DNA of 63,420 nucleotides, the filler included, from Folioceros fuciformis (taxonomy: Eukaryota), in the NCBI GenBank assembly GCA_049999805.1. It is 6 parts of 6 records of this genome, joined end to end, with 100 filler letters (N's around TTAATTAATTAA, not from the genome) between each part and the next. Parts side by side here need not be neighbours in the genome. Positions count along the whole stretch, not along the records: positions 21,726 to 45,994 come from JBNGIO010001227.1; 5 more parts are not named here. One strand, 5' to 3'. The notes beneath the pieces were generated by a model, which was not told the DNA's origin, made no database searches, and saw nothing but the letters and a program-made list of their open reading frames with translations. Each line of letters begins with the position of its first letter. Position 1 is the first letter of the stretch. Below are positions 21,726-34,300 of the stretch, one piece after another. A program made the translations under genes and the position numbers.

Positions 21726-24700
21726 ATTCAACAAGCGCAGGAACCCAAATGCCAATCGTCGGCCTTCTACTCTTGGTACCACCTCCTCTGGGCCTTCTAC
21801 ATCAAATTCTTCCTCAACTCCTAGACGTAAAGGGACATGTAATTGGTGCAAAGCCCAAGGACACTTGGAGCAGGAATGCCGTAAGAAGAAGGCTGGTGAG
21901 CCCAAGCTGGACACCAAAACCGCTAACACAGTGGTTGTTACTAAAGCAAGGCATAATTCCAAGACCGACATTGCTTTAATAGTTTGTTTGGTTGCATCTG
22001 AGTATAAATCTTCTTGGCTGCTCGACTCTGCAGCTTCTACTCACATATGCAGCCACAAATACATGTTTACGACATATTCGGCGGCTGATGCTCTTCATTG
22101 CTTTGTTCTCCTTGGCAATGACTCTGGCCTCTCCATAGCGTGCATTGGCTCAGTGACTTTCGAATTGGAAGATGGTTCTTCCCTTCTACTCACTGATGCG
22201 TTGCATGTACCTCAGATGGCCAAGAATTTAATTTCCATTCGTCACTCACTCGGTCTATTCATCCGGGCCGTGTTATTGCACGAGGCCATCCTCGCCATGA
22301 TTTATATGTCTTCACCGGTAAGCCCATGTTGGCAGTGTTGGCTCCACCGGCGGCTGTTGCTTTGGCTACCATCGATAGGGGGAGCTCACGTCATGGTGAT
22401 GCTTTTCTCTAGCACTCTACGCTTGGCCACATCAATTATTCCAAGCTTTTAGAGATGTCTAAGCAAGATTTGTTTAGGGATTGGCTACCTACTTTTACAA
22501 AGACGCCACCGTTGTGTGAATCTTGTATTTATGCTAAGCAACGCAGCTCTCCGTATCCTGATCTTCCTGCACGTCGGGCTACTCAACCCTTGGAGCTTTT
22601 CCACATTAATCTTTGTGGGCCACTCCCCGTCCCTTCACTTGGCGGGGCTAATCACTTTATGATTGTTGTGGATGACTTCAGTCGTTATACTTTTGCTTAC
22701 CCGCTTTATTTGAAGAGTGACTCCTTTGGTGTATTTTCTCCCTTTGTTACTATGGCCAAGCTGCAAATTGGTTGTAAGTTGCGGTGCATTAGATCTAACA
22801 ATGTTGGGGAACCTAACAATCACCAATTTAAGGACTTTTGTCAAGAGAGGGGATCCTTCGTCAATTTACGGTTCCCTATACCTCCCAGCAGAATGGAGTT
22901 GCGGAAAAAGCAATGGTGATCTCTTGGCCATGGCGCGAGCCATGCTCGCCAAGTCTGGAAGACTTGGCGATGCTCGGCTTGCCAAGTCTTTCCAAGTCCG
23001 TTACTAGCCAGACTCCTTATGAGTGCTGGCATGGGAGTAAACCCCTTATCTCTCATCTTTGTATCTTTGGATGCCCTGCCTATGCCCATATCCCTTCTCA
23101 GCTTCGAGACAAGCTCTCTGCTCATGCTCATAGGTTGGTATTTGTGGGCTATGGCAAGGATCGCAAGGCATACAAGCTAGTGGACTTGAATACACACACT
23201 CCGACGTATGCACACATTGTCACCTTTGATGAGTCCCGGCTAGCACATCTTGGACCTACTTCTTCGGCTCCTGGTCCTACCCTAGATGGTGCTTCTATCT
23301 CTGGCTCTAGTAGCCCTCGATGGCCTGGTGACATTCACTTTGAGTTTCATACTCAACCCTTCACTTTTCCTGACTCAGGTGTTCCTGTTTATGGTTCTGT
23401 TCCTACTTCGCCTTTGGCTTCTTCACCTCAAGCCGGTCCTATTCCCATAGTTTGTGCTCGAGAGGGGGAAGATGAACAAGCCATAGGGTTGCCCATGGAT
23501 GAACCATTGGAAAATGAGGATGACTCCTTTGGTGTTCTTGAGAATCAAGCATCAGAGACACCGGTATCTCCACATTCCCAACCAAGCCCTGACCCTATTT
23601 CTAAGCGTAGGTATCCCTTGCGTCAGCGACAACCACGTCACCTATGGAATGAAATATCCTCTGACTTGGAGTTCAATCAAGCCGGCTATACTACCACTTC
23701 TGAAGGTCACTTTGATGCTTTTAGTACTGCTCTTTCAAAGGGAGATCCTCTCACTCTGCAGGAGGCATACTCACGACTTGATGCAGCTAAGTGGAAGTTT
23801 GCCGTTGATGATGAATATAATTCCCTTATTAAAAACAACACGTGGACTCTGGTCAATCTACCCAGGGGCAGGACAACTGTTAAATACAAGTGGGTTCTCA
23901 AAACTAAGTCCCAGGAGGTTGAGCCTCGTATCCGCCACAAGGCAAGATTGGTGGCTAAGGGGTATAGTCAGAAAGAGGGAGTAGATTACCAAGGCGACAA
24001 AGTTTACTCACTCGTCGTCAAAGCTGCTTCCGTAAGAATGCTTCTAGCGTTATGTGTTGAGCTTAACTTGGAAATTTATCAGCTTGACGTTTGTACGGCC
24101 TCTCTTTATGGTCACCTTAAAGAGGAGATCTACATGGATCAACCAAAGGATTATGAAGATAAGAACTTCCCTCACAAGGTGTGTAAACTACTCCGCTAAA
24201 TATGTGGACTTAAGCAAAGCCCGCGCTCATGGTACGAGAGAATGAATTCTTATCTCAAGAAGTTGGGGTTCATCCAAAGTGAAGCAGATACTAACATCTG
24301 TGTACTTTGTCAGGATAGCTCACTTGTACTTATTGCCCTATATGTCGATGACTTAGTCATTTCAAGCAATAATGTTGATTTGGTCAACAAGATAAAAGCA
24401 GATTTGAGTAAAGAATTCGAGATGAAGAATCTCAGCAAAGTTAAGTATATTCTTGGAATGCATGTACATAGAGATAGCACTGGAGCTATTTATCTTCATC
24501 AAGGATGATATGTAGGTGGTATGCTAAAACACTTCAACTTGGAGAACGCACGAGCGATAGCCACACCAGGTGCCGTTGGTGTTAAGCTCTCATCTGCTTC
24601 CTGCCCTCAGTTAGAAGAGGACAAGAAGGAGATGGAGACTGTGCCCTACCGCACGAGAGTGGAACTCTCATGTTCTTGAGTAATCAAACAAGACCAGACA

Positions 24701-25816
24701 TCTCAAACACCGTAAATGCTATTGCTCAGTTCTCAGACAATCTAGGGAGGGATCACTAGGTTGCTCTCAAACGCATCATGCGGTATCTCAAGGGTACTCA
24801 AAATTATGGCCTATGCTACAAACCTAGCGGAAAGAAGCACCTCCTGCTTACATGTTATGTGGATGCAGATTGGGCTTCAAACGCTGACACTCGGAAAAGT
24901 ATCTCAGCATATTGCTTTCTTGCTGGCTCCACTATTGTTAATCGGTCTTGTAGAAAACAAGCTGCCATATCACTTTCATCAACAGATTCGGAGTACAAGG
25001 CTCTCATTGAAGCCACTAAAGAGGCTGAATGGGAAAGGAAGCTACGTGAGGATCTAGGTATGACACAAGAAGGGCCAACAATACTTGATTATGATAATAT
25101 GTCAGCAATTTCTTTAGTTGCTAACCCCGTGTTCCATGCACACACGAAACACATAAAGATTCAACATCACTATATCCATAATGCTGTAGAAAGGGGCATA
25201 GTAAAGGTACAGTATGTACCACCAGACGACAACACAACAAATGTGCTGACTAAATCCTTGCCCAAGTTTAAACATTGCTTCCACAAAGAAGGGCTTGGAT
25301 TAGTAGACTGTAGTAGCTTAATGACGCTAGACAAGTCACTCATATGGTGAGGCTTATCATCTTCTGTTCCATCACTTGAAGTTGACAGTTGTTGCAAATA
25401 GCTTGCTTCTGCCCTGGCCATAACCGGTGTCCTACTTTGTGAGCCGCTGGTGAGCTAGCCTTAGCACGAGGGAGTTTGACCGCGAGTTGAGATAGGCTAG
25501 TGGAAGACTATAGCACATTGCAAGACTCCGACAACGTAGTCTCCTTTTGTTTTACGGAGATCTCAGATAACTCAACGTGTCTGAGAGGGAGAGTTGGAAA
25601 TAGAGCAGACGGCGTTGGTTAAGGTCAACTAGACCAGACCCAATGTGGATTAGTCAAACTAGACTCAGCTAGTTGGCAGTTAGTTAACTATCAGGCTAGT
25701 GAAAGGACACACCCCCTCGTGACCATCCTTTATAAGCCCACCTATGAACTGAACATATTATTAGTTAATAAAACATCTGCTCGATGCAAGACGCTTCCGC
25801 ATGTGCATCTCTAACT
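21726..25816 (+). mobile_element. Ty1/Copia copy C, near-complete but frameshifted gag-pol with 3' LTR 25592..25816
   Basis: Order is zinc knuckle (CNWCKAQGHLEQEC), protease (WLLDSAASTH), integrase (CESCIYAKQ, VDDFSRY, QQNGVAE), RT (KARLVAKGYSQKEGVDY, LYVDDL), RNase H (YVDADWA, DNMSAI), PPT, LTR. The 5' end is lost in the spacer. Confidence 0.95.
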
Positions 25817-25861
25817 CACATTTGCTCACAAATGGCTGCTTTCCCTAAGCTCCCAAGCACC

Positions 25862-26170
25862 TGAGGACTTAAAGTGGTTGCATGTCGCATGGTAACTAAG
25901 AGTACTTGCATGCACCTTGGTGCCTTAGAGTGCCTACATGCCACTTGGAGACTAAGAGTGCTTGCATGCAATCTGGTGACTTGGAGTTCTTGCATGCAGC
26001 TTGGTTTAGCAGGTCCCCTGCCCCGGACCTCCTACCAAACCTGATGGTTCAGTACCAAACCACCTCTATCCCTTGATAGATCCATCCCACTTCTATTCCT
26101 TGGATGGATCCTCACCACTTCTATCTCCTGAATAGACCCATAAGACTTCTATCCCTCGGACAGATGCTTC
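25862..26170. repeat. Two degenerate ~28-bp tandem arrays
   Basis: About five units like GGTAACTAAGAGTACTTGCATGCACCTT (25862..26005), then about four units like CACTTCTATCCCTTGGATAGATCC (26060..26170). Confidence 0.7.
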
Positions 26171-26443
26171 TCCTTACCATGCGTGAACACCCCACTCACA
26201 TATATGGCCGCTGAAAAATAGAAATAGAAAATAGAAACAAAAAGGAACCAACCTTCCCTTTACTAGCCGCATTTGTACAAATTGTACCCAAATTAGAACA
26301 TTGGCCCGAAATTCTATGTTCCATAGAGATTTCTGTCAATCAATGCCATAAAGATAAAGAAGTTGGCGAACTTGAAAAGGAAACCTGATGAGACTACGCT
26401 TATGTTTTATAACCGGACTAGTTAGTGGATAATAGATACAGGA

Positions 26444-29400
26444 ATGCATAATGAGATGGAAGTATGCTTTAAACACATTTGTAATTTGGATGAAGACATA
26501 AGGAAGGATGTTTTTAAAGAGCTAACATCATTGCATGGAAAAACAAATACGCTGGATCAAGTTTTTCCAATTGTAGAAAAGCATGAGCAGGCTAGGGCAT
26601 TGTTGAACGCTATGGGTAGAAAAGTTGGGGTAGATAAAAAGGAGGTTTCTTTTCTACAATGACACCCCGACATAATTATTTGCCTAGATGGAGACCAGGT
26701 TAGCAACAACAAATAAATTCCTCAAGAATGGATAACAGATATACGAAGCCTATCATGAATGTGGAATCGGTCAAGGGGATAAAGTGTTTGAGACTTGGAA
26801 GTAGCACACATGTGATGATGGAGTGCATGGTTAAGAAAGATGTAAGTTGTAACCACTGTGGGAAGAAAAGACATTGACGAGGCTAAGGCTTACAAGGAAT
26901 TCCAATTGGATGCATTTGTGTGTGAAGTGGACTTCGAGAGGATAGTGAATGTGGAGGCAGTACAGAAGAGAGTCAAAACAAGATTTTGGAGACGAAGGCA
27001 AGGATCATGGGAGGACATGTGCATCGGGATGAAAGTATCCAGAGTCATTTGAAGTTATGGGCATGGATGACTTTACTATGAAGATAAAGGATAGAGCAAC
27101 AAAGGTGGTGGATCAACAAGGAAGTAGAAAGGCACAAGCCCTGCAAGTGGACATGGTGTTTTGTGTTAGGAATATGTTGGAGTTATGTATTAAAGCAAGA
27201 ATAATTGGAGTGAAAATTTGAGAACTTTTACAGGAAAAAGTTGCTTTTCAATATAAGGATAGAGATGGACTAAGCAAAACTGTGGCATTCTGTGTAGACA
27301 ATGATCAAAGAAGTTATGAACAGAGAGCGAAAGTTAAGCCATAAATTGCATTTTTGGATAATAGCAAGTATGACTTTTTTATAGGTGGTTTTGCATTAGG
27401 GAAAGTATTGATTGATTCAGGAGCCTAGCCTACTCTGATACATTTTGGCACAACATATGCTATGAGGTTGAGAGGATGGAATATACAGAGGCTAAATGGA
27501 AAATTAGAATGGCCAATAGAGGGTTGGAGGCAGTAATGGGGGAGACAAAGGAAAAGTTGCAATTGTGTTTTAAACCTGGAACAAAAGAAGCGATAACAAC
27601 GAAGATGAAGTGCTTAATTGTTAAGTCTAGGAACTTTGATGTTATTATAGGGACGAAGACTCAATTCATACCAAGAGGAGGCGTGGATTTGTGGATAAAG
27701 GAATATTACTATCGCCATGGTTGGCAACAAGGAGATGGAGTGAACCTGGCAACAATCCCACTTATGTTGCATATATAGGAGGATGGAAAAAATATGTGTG
27801 TGGTGAACATGACAACTTCTTTAGAAGGACAAGATGAAGCAGATGAAGAAGACAAGCTGTGGGTTAGGCATCATATGTGTAAATTGTATTCTAAAAGAGT
27901 GTAGTAACGACAAGTTGGAAGAGGATTCGATGAGAGCGGGTGTTAGTAGAGCATGAGCTGAAATTTTTAGAGAGCTTGAAAAACGACAAATTGAGTTTCA
28001 TGTATATGATAAGATTCAACCTTGTACAAAGGAGATAGTCTATAAGTTGGAACCTATTTGTAATAAACTTGTGTCTTTGAGTTCATCCATGTATTCATGG
28101 TTGAGCTATTTGCTGGAATTGCATATGGTTTGGAGGTTGTGTTGGCTGTTGGCTATGTGGTTAAGCGCTACATTTATTGTGATCTGAATGAAGTTTGTCA
28201 GACAATTGCAAAGGCTAGGTTGTTTAAGCTATGCAAGAAGTATCCAAAGTAGTTGAAAGTTGAGGATGTAAACAATCGTTTCCTACTTGGCCACAAGATG
28301 TTAGGCTCATTGGGTTGACATAATTTATATGGTATAGGAAATTGATCTTACAGTTGCAAGTTGGGAGTGTCAAGGGCTCTCAATGGCAGGAAAAGCAAAG
28401 AGGTGATCGGATTTATAGATCCGCATTATTTTATGAGCTAATAAGAATTTTTAATTTTTATACAAGAACTTTGAAAGAAAGAATGTGAGTATTTGATTGA
28501 GAATGTGGACTCACAGATGGACAAAAGGCTAACAATGAGACATGATTTGAAGATTATTTGGGAGAACTTATAGAGTTGGATGGGGTGCAAGTTGGATCAA
28601 CATCTGGATTTTCAGTGGGATGTTTCTAAGGAAATGAATGTTAATAACAAGGATGACTTCGCAAAGATTCTAGATGATACAAGGCAAGTGTTTGCTTTCT
28701 CCAATAAAGAATTGGGTACACATAAGACGTTTACGTTTAAAATTTGATTTAAAACTTCAGGGCTAGTTTTTAGGAGGCCATACTGCCTGAGTAAGATAGA
28801 GAATGAGATTATAAACAAAAATGTTAGGAGTTTTTGGAGGCGGGATTGATCAAGTTCTCGAAGTCAGAGTACGTAGCATCTTCAATACTTCCACCCAAAA
28901 ACGATGTATATAGTAATTGGACAAAGAAGAGGATGTGTGGGGATTATAAGCCGTTTAATGAGCTAACATCTATGGATAGATTCCCAATACCAACTCTAAA
29001 GGAAGTTTTTGAAACAATTGGGGATTGTAAGATATTTCAACATTGGACTTGAGGGGTGGTTTTAATCAAATAGAGATAGAGGAGGAGGATAAGAAGAAGA
29101 TTGCTTTTTGTGGCAATAGATGCTTATGGGAGTGGATTGTTATTCCGTTTGGATTAAAGAATGCTCATAGTGCTTTTCAGAGGGTGATGAATCATGTCTT
29201 GAGAGGGCTATCTTTTGCTAGATGTTACATAGATCATTTCATAATTTTCAGCAACAATATTGAGGAGCATAAAGAACATGTTAGATTGGTGTTAGACAGG
29301 TTAATGAAGGTGGGTGTGACGTGTCACCCACAGAAGTGCAAATTTGGATCCTCCATGATAACATATTTAGGCCATTTAATAATCCTTAGGGATACAACGC

Positions 29401-29530
29401 CTTGTGATGGTAAGGTGGAAGCAGTGCAAAGATGACTCCACCTTTAGATGTTAAGACCTTGCGTTCATTCTTGGGATTGCTAAATTATTATTGCAATTTT
29501 GTAGCAAACCATAGTGTGGTGGTGAACCTA
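26444..29530 (+). mobile_element. Degenerate Ty3/Gypsy retrotransposon: gag zinc knuckle, aspartic protease, DNA methyltransferase, reverse transcriptase
   Basis: CNHCGKKRH at ~26847; GKVLIDSGA*PTLI at ~27399; RT from ~28770 (FRRPY, KKRMCGDYKPFN, DLRGGFNQIEI, IPFGLKNA, YIDHFIIFS, KCKFG, FLGLLNYY). Many stops and frameshifts; left boundary approximate; no integrase or LTR identified. Confidence 0.88.
28079..28602 (+). pseudogene. C5 DNA cytosine methyltransferase domain (retrotransposon-borne), frameshifted and C-terminally deleted
   Basis: Manual translation: motif I VELFAGIAYG (28100), motif II RYIYCDLNE, motif III-like WPQDVR, motif IV IDLTVASWECQGLSMAGK (28341), motif V RSALFYELIRI, motif VI YLIENV (28499), start of VIII ELDGVQVGS (~28573). 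Order and spacing are correct. Confidence 0.88.
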
Positions 29531-31326
29531 TGACAATGCAAGATTATACACCTATATTAATATAGGGGCTGACCATCCCATGTACACATGAATTCATGCT
29601 AAGTATAATATATAAAAAGTATATATGCTAAGTTTAGACAATCTTAGGGTTAAGGAAATTTACATGTTGAAAGACAAGATCTCTTGGAGCAAGCATAGCC
29701 CTCAGTGTCCCAATTGCCTTTGGTGATTTGTTTCCCTCTTTAAGAGTATATAGATTTTCCCATCTTATTTTTCTAAAATAAATAGGAGATTCTTCGACTT
29801 ATCATAAACTCACAAGAGAAGTTTATCATGAGTAGTAAAGAACGGAATGAAATGACGACGAATAAATTTAATTATTTTACTAAATAAAAATAGCTATAAA
29901 AATTCTATTTTATCATATATGATAGCTGCATTGGACCAACCGTCTATGCTTTGTGGCAACAATAATGGTCATAATGTAAACCCACCTCATATGGCAACCA
30001 TGTTGAGAGGGATCCCTGACCCGGGGGATGGCTGCGGGTGGCATAGAAGACTGTAGAAGTTGAGTGGTAGGGCGGGACTCCCGCCTGTCTCGTGTGCAAG
30101 GCATGGACGAAAAGCATCGTAGGTCGTTGTACAACAGAACGCCTTAGAGTTCAGAGAAGAGAGTTACTTTTAATAAATTGTACTTATGACCGATGGGGGG
30201 AGGGTTCAAGGATTCCGATTTGAGCGGCTTGTGACAACCCTTTGAGCGTTAAAGCCTAGAATTTAAATGATAACAAACGAGGACAACCAAAACTTTTGAT
30301 AGAAAAGGTATCGATTTGGAAGCAAAATTTCAGAATTTCGACCAAGAGGCCCGAAAGCCGGTCAGTGTCGGCTTGAGGTTCTTCCGAGTAAACTTGGATG
30401 AAAGATGTGACAATTGTCAGGGCCTGAGTGGGTCCCGGGAAAACCCTACGTACACTCTTGGGCACGGACGTGAAATGCACGGGGTTTAGGTATGAAGTGC
30501 CCTATAAGGCTAAGTTCTACGGAACCTGCACCGATAACAGAGTACTGCTCTTCCCCGCGCCGCACTTCTTAGCAGAACACTCGTTCTTGCACGCCTGATC
30601 GCTTCTTAACCTCTGCCCTCGGGCCTTCCCGCACGCCGGATTCTGTCCTGCTATGGCACTGTTAGGATGGATTAGCTGTCCAAGAGTCTCAAAATTTTAG
30701 ATTCGGTAGGGAATTTCTGTACCCATCGCCCTGGTTTGATTTGAGTTCCTGTGGAATCGACCTTCCACTCAGGTGCCTGGGCAGCGCGGCTAGGCTGGAA
30801 CGTGCGGGGAAGCTACGGAATGCGGGATTTGAACGATGATTTTGACGGACTCCTATGTGGCTGGGATGCTGGTACGTTGATGTGATGGAGCCCTGAACTC
30901 GTTCTACCGGAAATGAGTGGAATGTCGTTTTTCTGCCGGTGCTAGTAAAGTCTGTCTCTTTGGTCTGTCTCTTGATTGGATCAATGACGCTGCTTTCCGC
31001 CATGGACGGTTTACTAGATCCCTCTTTAGCGAGCTTTGTATTATTAAGTCTGCATGTGCCTCGATGCAGCAGGTAGAAGGGCTGCTAGTTGGTTAGCTCG
31101 GGCTGTTCATCTTCGGTATTAGCTTTTTGTTCTGGGTACACCTTCCTAATTGAGGGGAGACAGTACAGGATTCGAAGTTCACGAACGCTTAGCGTTGATT
31201 GTGGTGCGTCCAGGTTACATTGTAGCTCATCGGCAGCTTATCCATTCCACGGAAACAAACATGAAGTCTGTGTAGGGCAGGTCTCTTACCTTGCTTGTGG
31301 AGGTGGGGTTTGAAGGATCAGTTACC

Positions 31327-34300
31327 ATGTCTTCTTTGAGCAGGGAGCTCGTTTTTCTTATCCTTCAGTTCTTGGATGAAGAGAAGTTCAAGGAAACTGT
31401 GCACAAGTAAGTGTCGAACTGTTCTGAGCGGACTGGAAATGTCTTATACCTTAGTGTCTCTGCGATGGGTCACGCAGGTCCTGTGTAGAGTGTTCGCTGT
31501 GCCCGTAATATGTTTTCTTTATTGCTGGTAGGCTTGAACAAGAGTCAGGCTTCTTCTTCAATATGAAGTACTTTGAGGACCAAGTGCAGGCAGGAGAGTG
31601 GGACGAGGTTGAACGTTATCTTTCAGGCTTTACAAAAGTTGATGACAATCGTTATTCCATGAAAATCTTTTTTGAGATACGGAAGCAGAAGTACCTGGAA
31701 GCGTTGGACAAGTATGTCTTAAGCATATACAATTCCAAGTCGTTTCAATGACTGCTATCATTTTTTCGAGATTTCCGTTCACTTGAGTGTCATTATGTCG
31801 ATTCCAGGCAAGATCGTGCCAAGGCTGTTGACATTCTGGTTAAGGATCTAAAGGTTTTTTCCTCATTCAATGAGGAGCTCTACAAGGAGATCACTCAGCT
31901 GCTAACGCTTGAAAATTTCAGGTTTATGTCTACTTTTGTCTACGTGATTTTTTTCTGCTCTGGATCATTCTTTCTTTGTATTCCCTTTTAACTTAAGTGG
32001 CTCACAGAGAAAATGAGCAGCTTTCGAAGTATGGAGACACAAAATCTGCCAGGAACATAATGCTGCTGGAGTTGAAAAAGCTAATAGAAGCGAATCCGCT
32101 GTTTCGGGACAAACTGGCGTTCCCTCCACTGAAAGCCTCCCGACTTCGGACTCTGATCAACCAAAGGTAGCTTTTGCCGACCAACCCTTATGCTGAAAGG
32201 TTTTGAGTTTCGCTGGTTTTATTAACTTTTGCAAGTTTGGTGTACGGTTATTCTGGTATGCTCGATTTTTGTCATGCTTTGGTGATGCCCTTGTTCATGC
32301 GATATTTTCCTTGTCTCGTTTCGCTCGTAACCGAACTGCATTGGTGACTTCTGAATGTTGCATTGTCAGCTTGAATTGGCAGCATCAGCTGTGCAAGAAC
32401 CCACGCACAAATCCTGACATCAAGACTTTGTTTGTGGATCATACTTGTGGCCCCCCAAATGGTGCGCGACCGGCTGCAACTGTCAACAATCCCCTTGTTG
32501 GGATTCAAGGGAAGGGAGGAGGCTTTCCACCGTTAGGAGGTCATAGTGTGCGTGTCCATCAGACTAAGTTGCCATTGAATTTCACGCTGTTTCAGAGTTA
32601 TTGCAGGGTGTCCCTCGCCTTGGCTTCTAGTAGGTCTAGGTTCAACAGTCTTACCCTCCCTGTTCTGAACAGCCGTTCCAGCCGACTGCAGCTCCAGCTG
32701 CCAGTGCTTTAGCGGGTTGGATGGCAAATTCGAATTCGAATCCAGCCGCTCCCCATGTAGCTCCTGGTCCAGCTCCACTCTCAGCTCCACCCAATCCAGG
32801 TTTGACTTGTTGCTTGGATCTCTAGCCTGCCCTCAGCTTTGCTTGCGTAGGTCTTGGATCGTTAGGTTGCTCCGTCATTCATTTGTTGCCATGTTGCATA
32901 AAATCGTTTTACTTCTTAAGTGTCGTTCTTAACAGCTGCTTTGCTCAAGCGTCCAAGAACACCTCCTCCGAATATGCCGACTGTGGATTATCAGTCTGCT
33001 GATTCTGAGCACCTGATGAAGCGGCCCAGACAGCAGGGAGGAGACGAGGTGAGCGAAGTCGAATTCCGTGAAGTGGGAGTTCATGGCCCTTGGAACAATT
33101 GTGCACAATTGAGTGTTGTTTTTTTTTGGTTGGTTCACAGGTCAACTACACTGGGTCAACTCATGCACAAAATTCATACTCACCTGATGACCTTCCTAAA
33201 ACAGTGGCCCGGACTTTGAACCAAGGCTCTTGTGTCATGAGCATGGATTTTCATCCACTGCAGCAGACGATATTGTTGGGTGAAGCTCTTTCGCGCATGA
33301 GGGAGCTACCAAAAGTTCATGGGTTCTTCTTTCTGAATTTTGAATTAAGTGTGGAATATTGTTGGCAGTTGGTACAAATGTTGGGGACATCGGCGTCTGG
33401 GAAGTAGGCTCCCGAGAGCGTCTTGCTCAAAGGACTTTCAAGGTTTGGGACATTTCTGCCTGCACGATGCCCATGCAGGTGAGTTGCCTCGTCTTTGTGG
33501 GTTCATTTGCAGGGGTGGCTTTTTTGGAGTGAATTGGGCCCATTTAATTATGAGCTGGTTATTTATACAGGCTGCATTAGTGAAGGATCCACAAGTCTCA
33601 GTGAACAGGACTGTGTGGAGCCCAGATGGGCAGCTATTGGGTATATACCTTTTCTGTGCAGATCTTTCCTGGCATCTGTGTTATGTCCTCCGTTTTTTGT
33701 GACGGTTTAGGGTTGAGACATATTGACAATCTCTTAGTTCTGGAGGGATTGTGAGTCTAAAACATTGGCACCATTGGTACAGGTGTTGCCTTTTCCAAAC
33801 ACATCGTTCATATTTATTCTTACCATGGTGGTAGTGATGTTCGTCAACATCTGGAGGTATCCTGTTCTTTCGGGGTGGATTATCATTTGTGTTCATTGCT
33901 ATGCTCAGACGAGCCTGCCAGGGACTGAGTATTCATACGTTGACCATGAGTGACGTGTTTCGCTTGATCACCAGATTGATGCACATGTTGGTGGTGTGAA
34001 TGACCTTGCATTTTCTCATCCAAACAAGCAGCTGTGTGTCATAACATGTGGAGATGACAAGACGATCAAGGTTTGCCCTTGAGTGTAGATAGTTGAAGGT
34101 GGTTGACTGCTGTAGAATGTCAGCAGAGGCAGTAGTTGATGGCCTATTTCGTGAAATATGTTTTAGGTCTGGGATGCTGCAAGTGGACGCAGACAGTACA
34201 CTTTTGAGGGGCATGAAGCGCCAGTGTATTCTGTCTGTCCTCATCAAAAGGAGAGCATTCAGGTGTGCCCCCTGAACTGTGGCTACTGTTCAGCCGGCTT

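Noticed and set aside
28079-28602. Host DNMT3/DRM gene or bacterial restriction-modification MTase
   Set aside because: No introns, flanking host domains or partner nuclease; collinear and co-decayed with Gypsy protease and RT, so best read as part of the retroelement.
29531-30236. Possible solo LTR (TG...CA) truncating the Gypsy RT
   Set aside because: Flanks ACCTA / ACCCT are not a convincing TSD and there is no second copy in the window; left unannotated.
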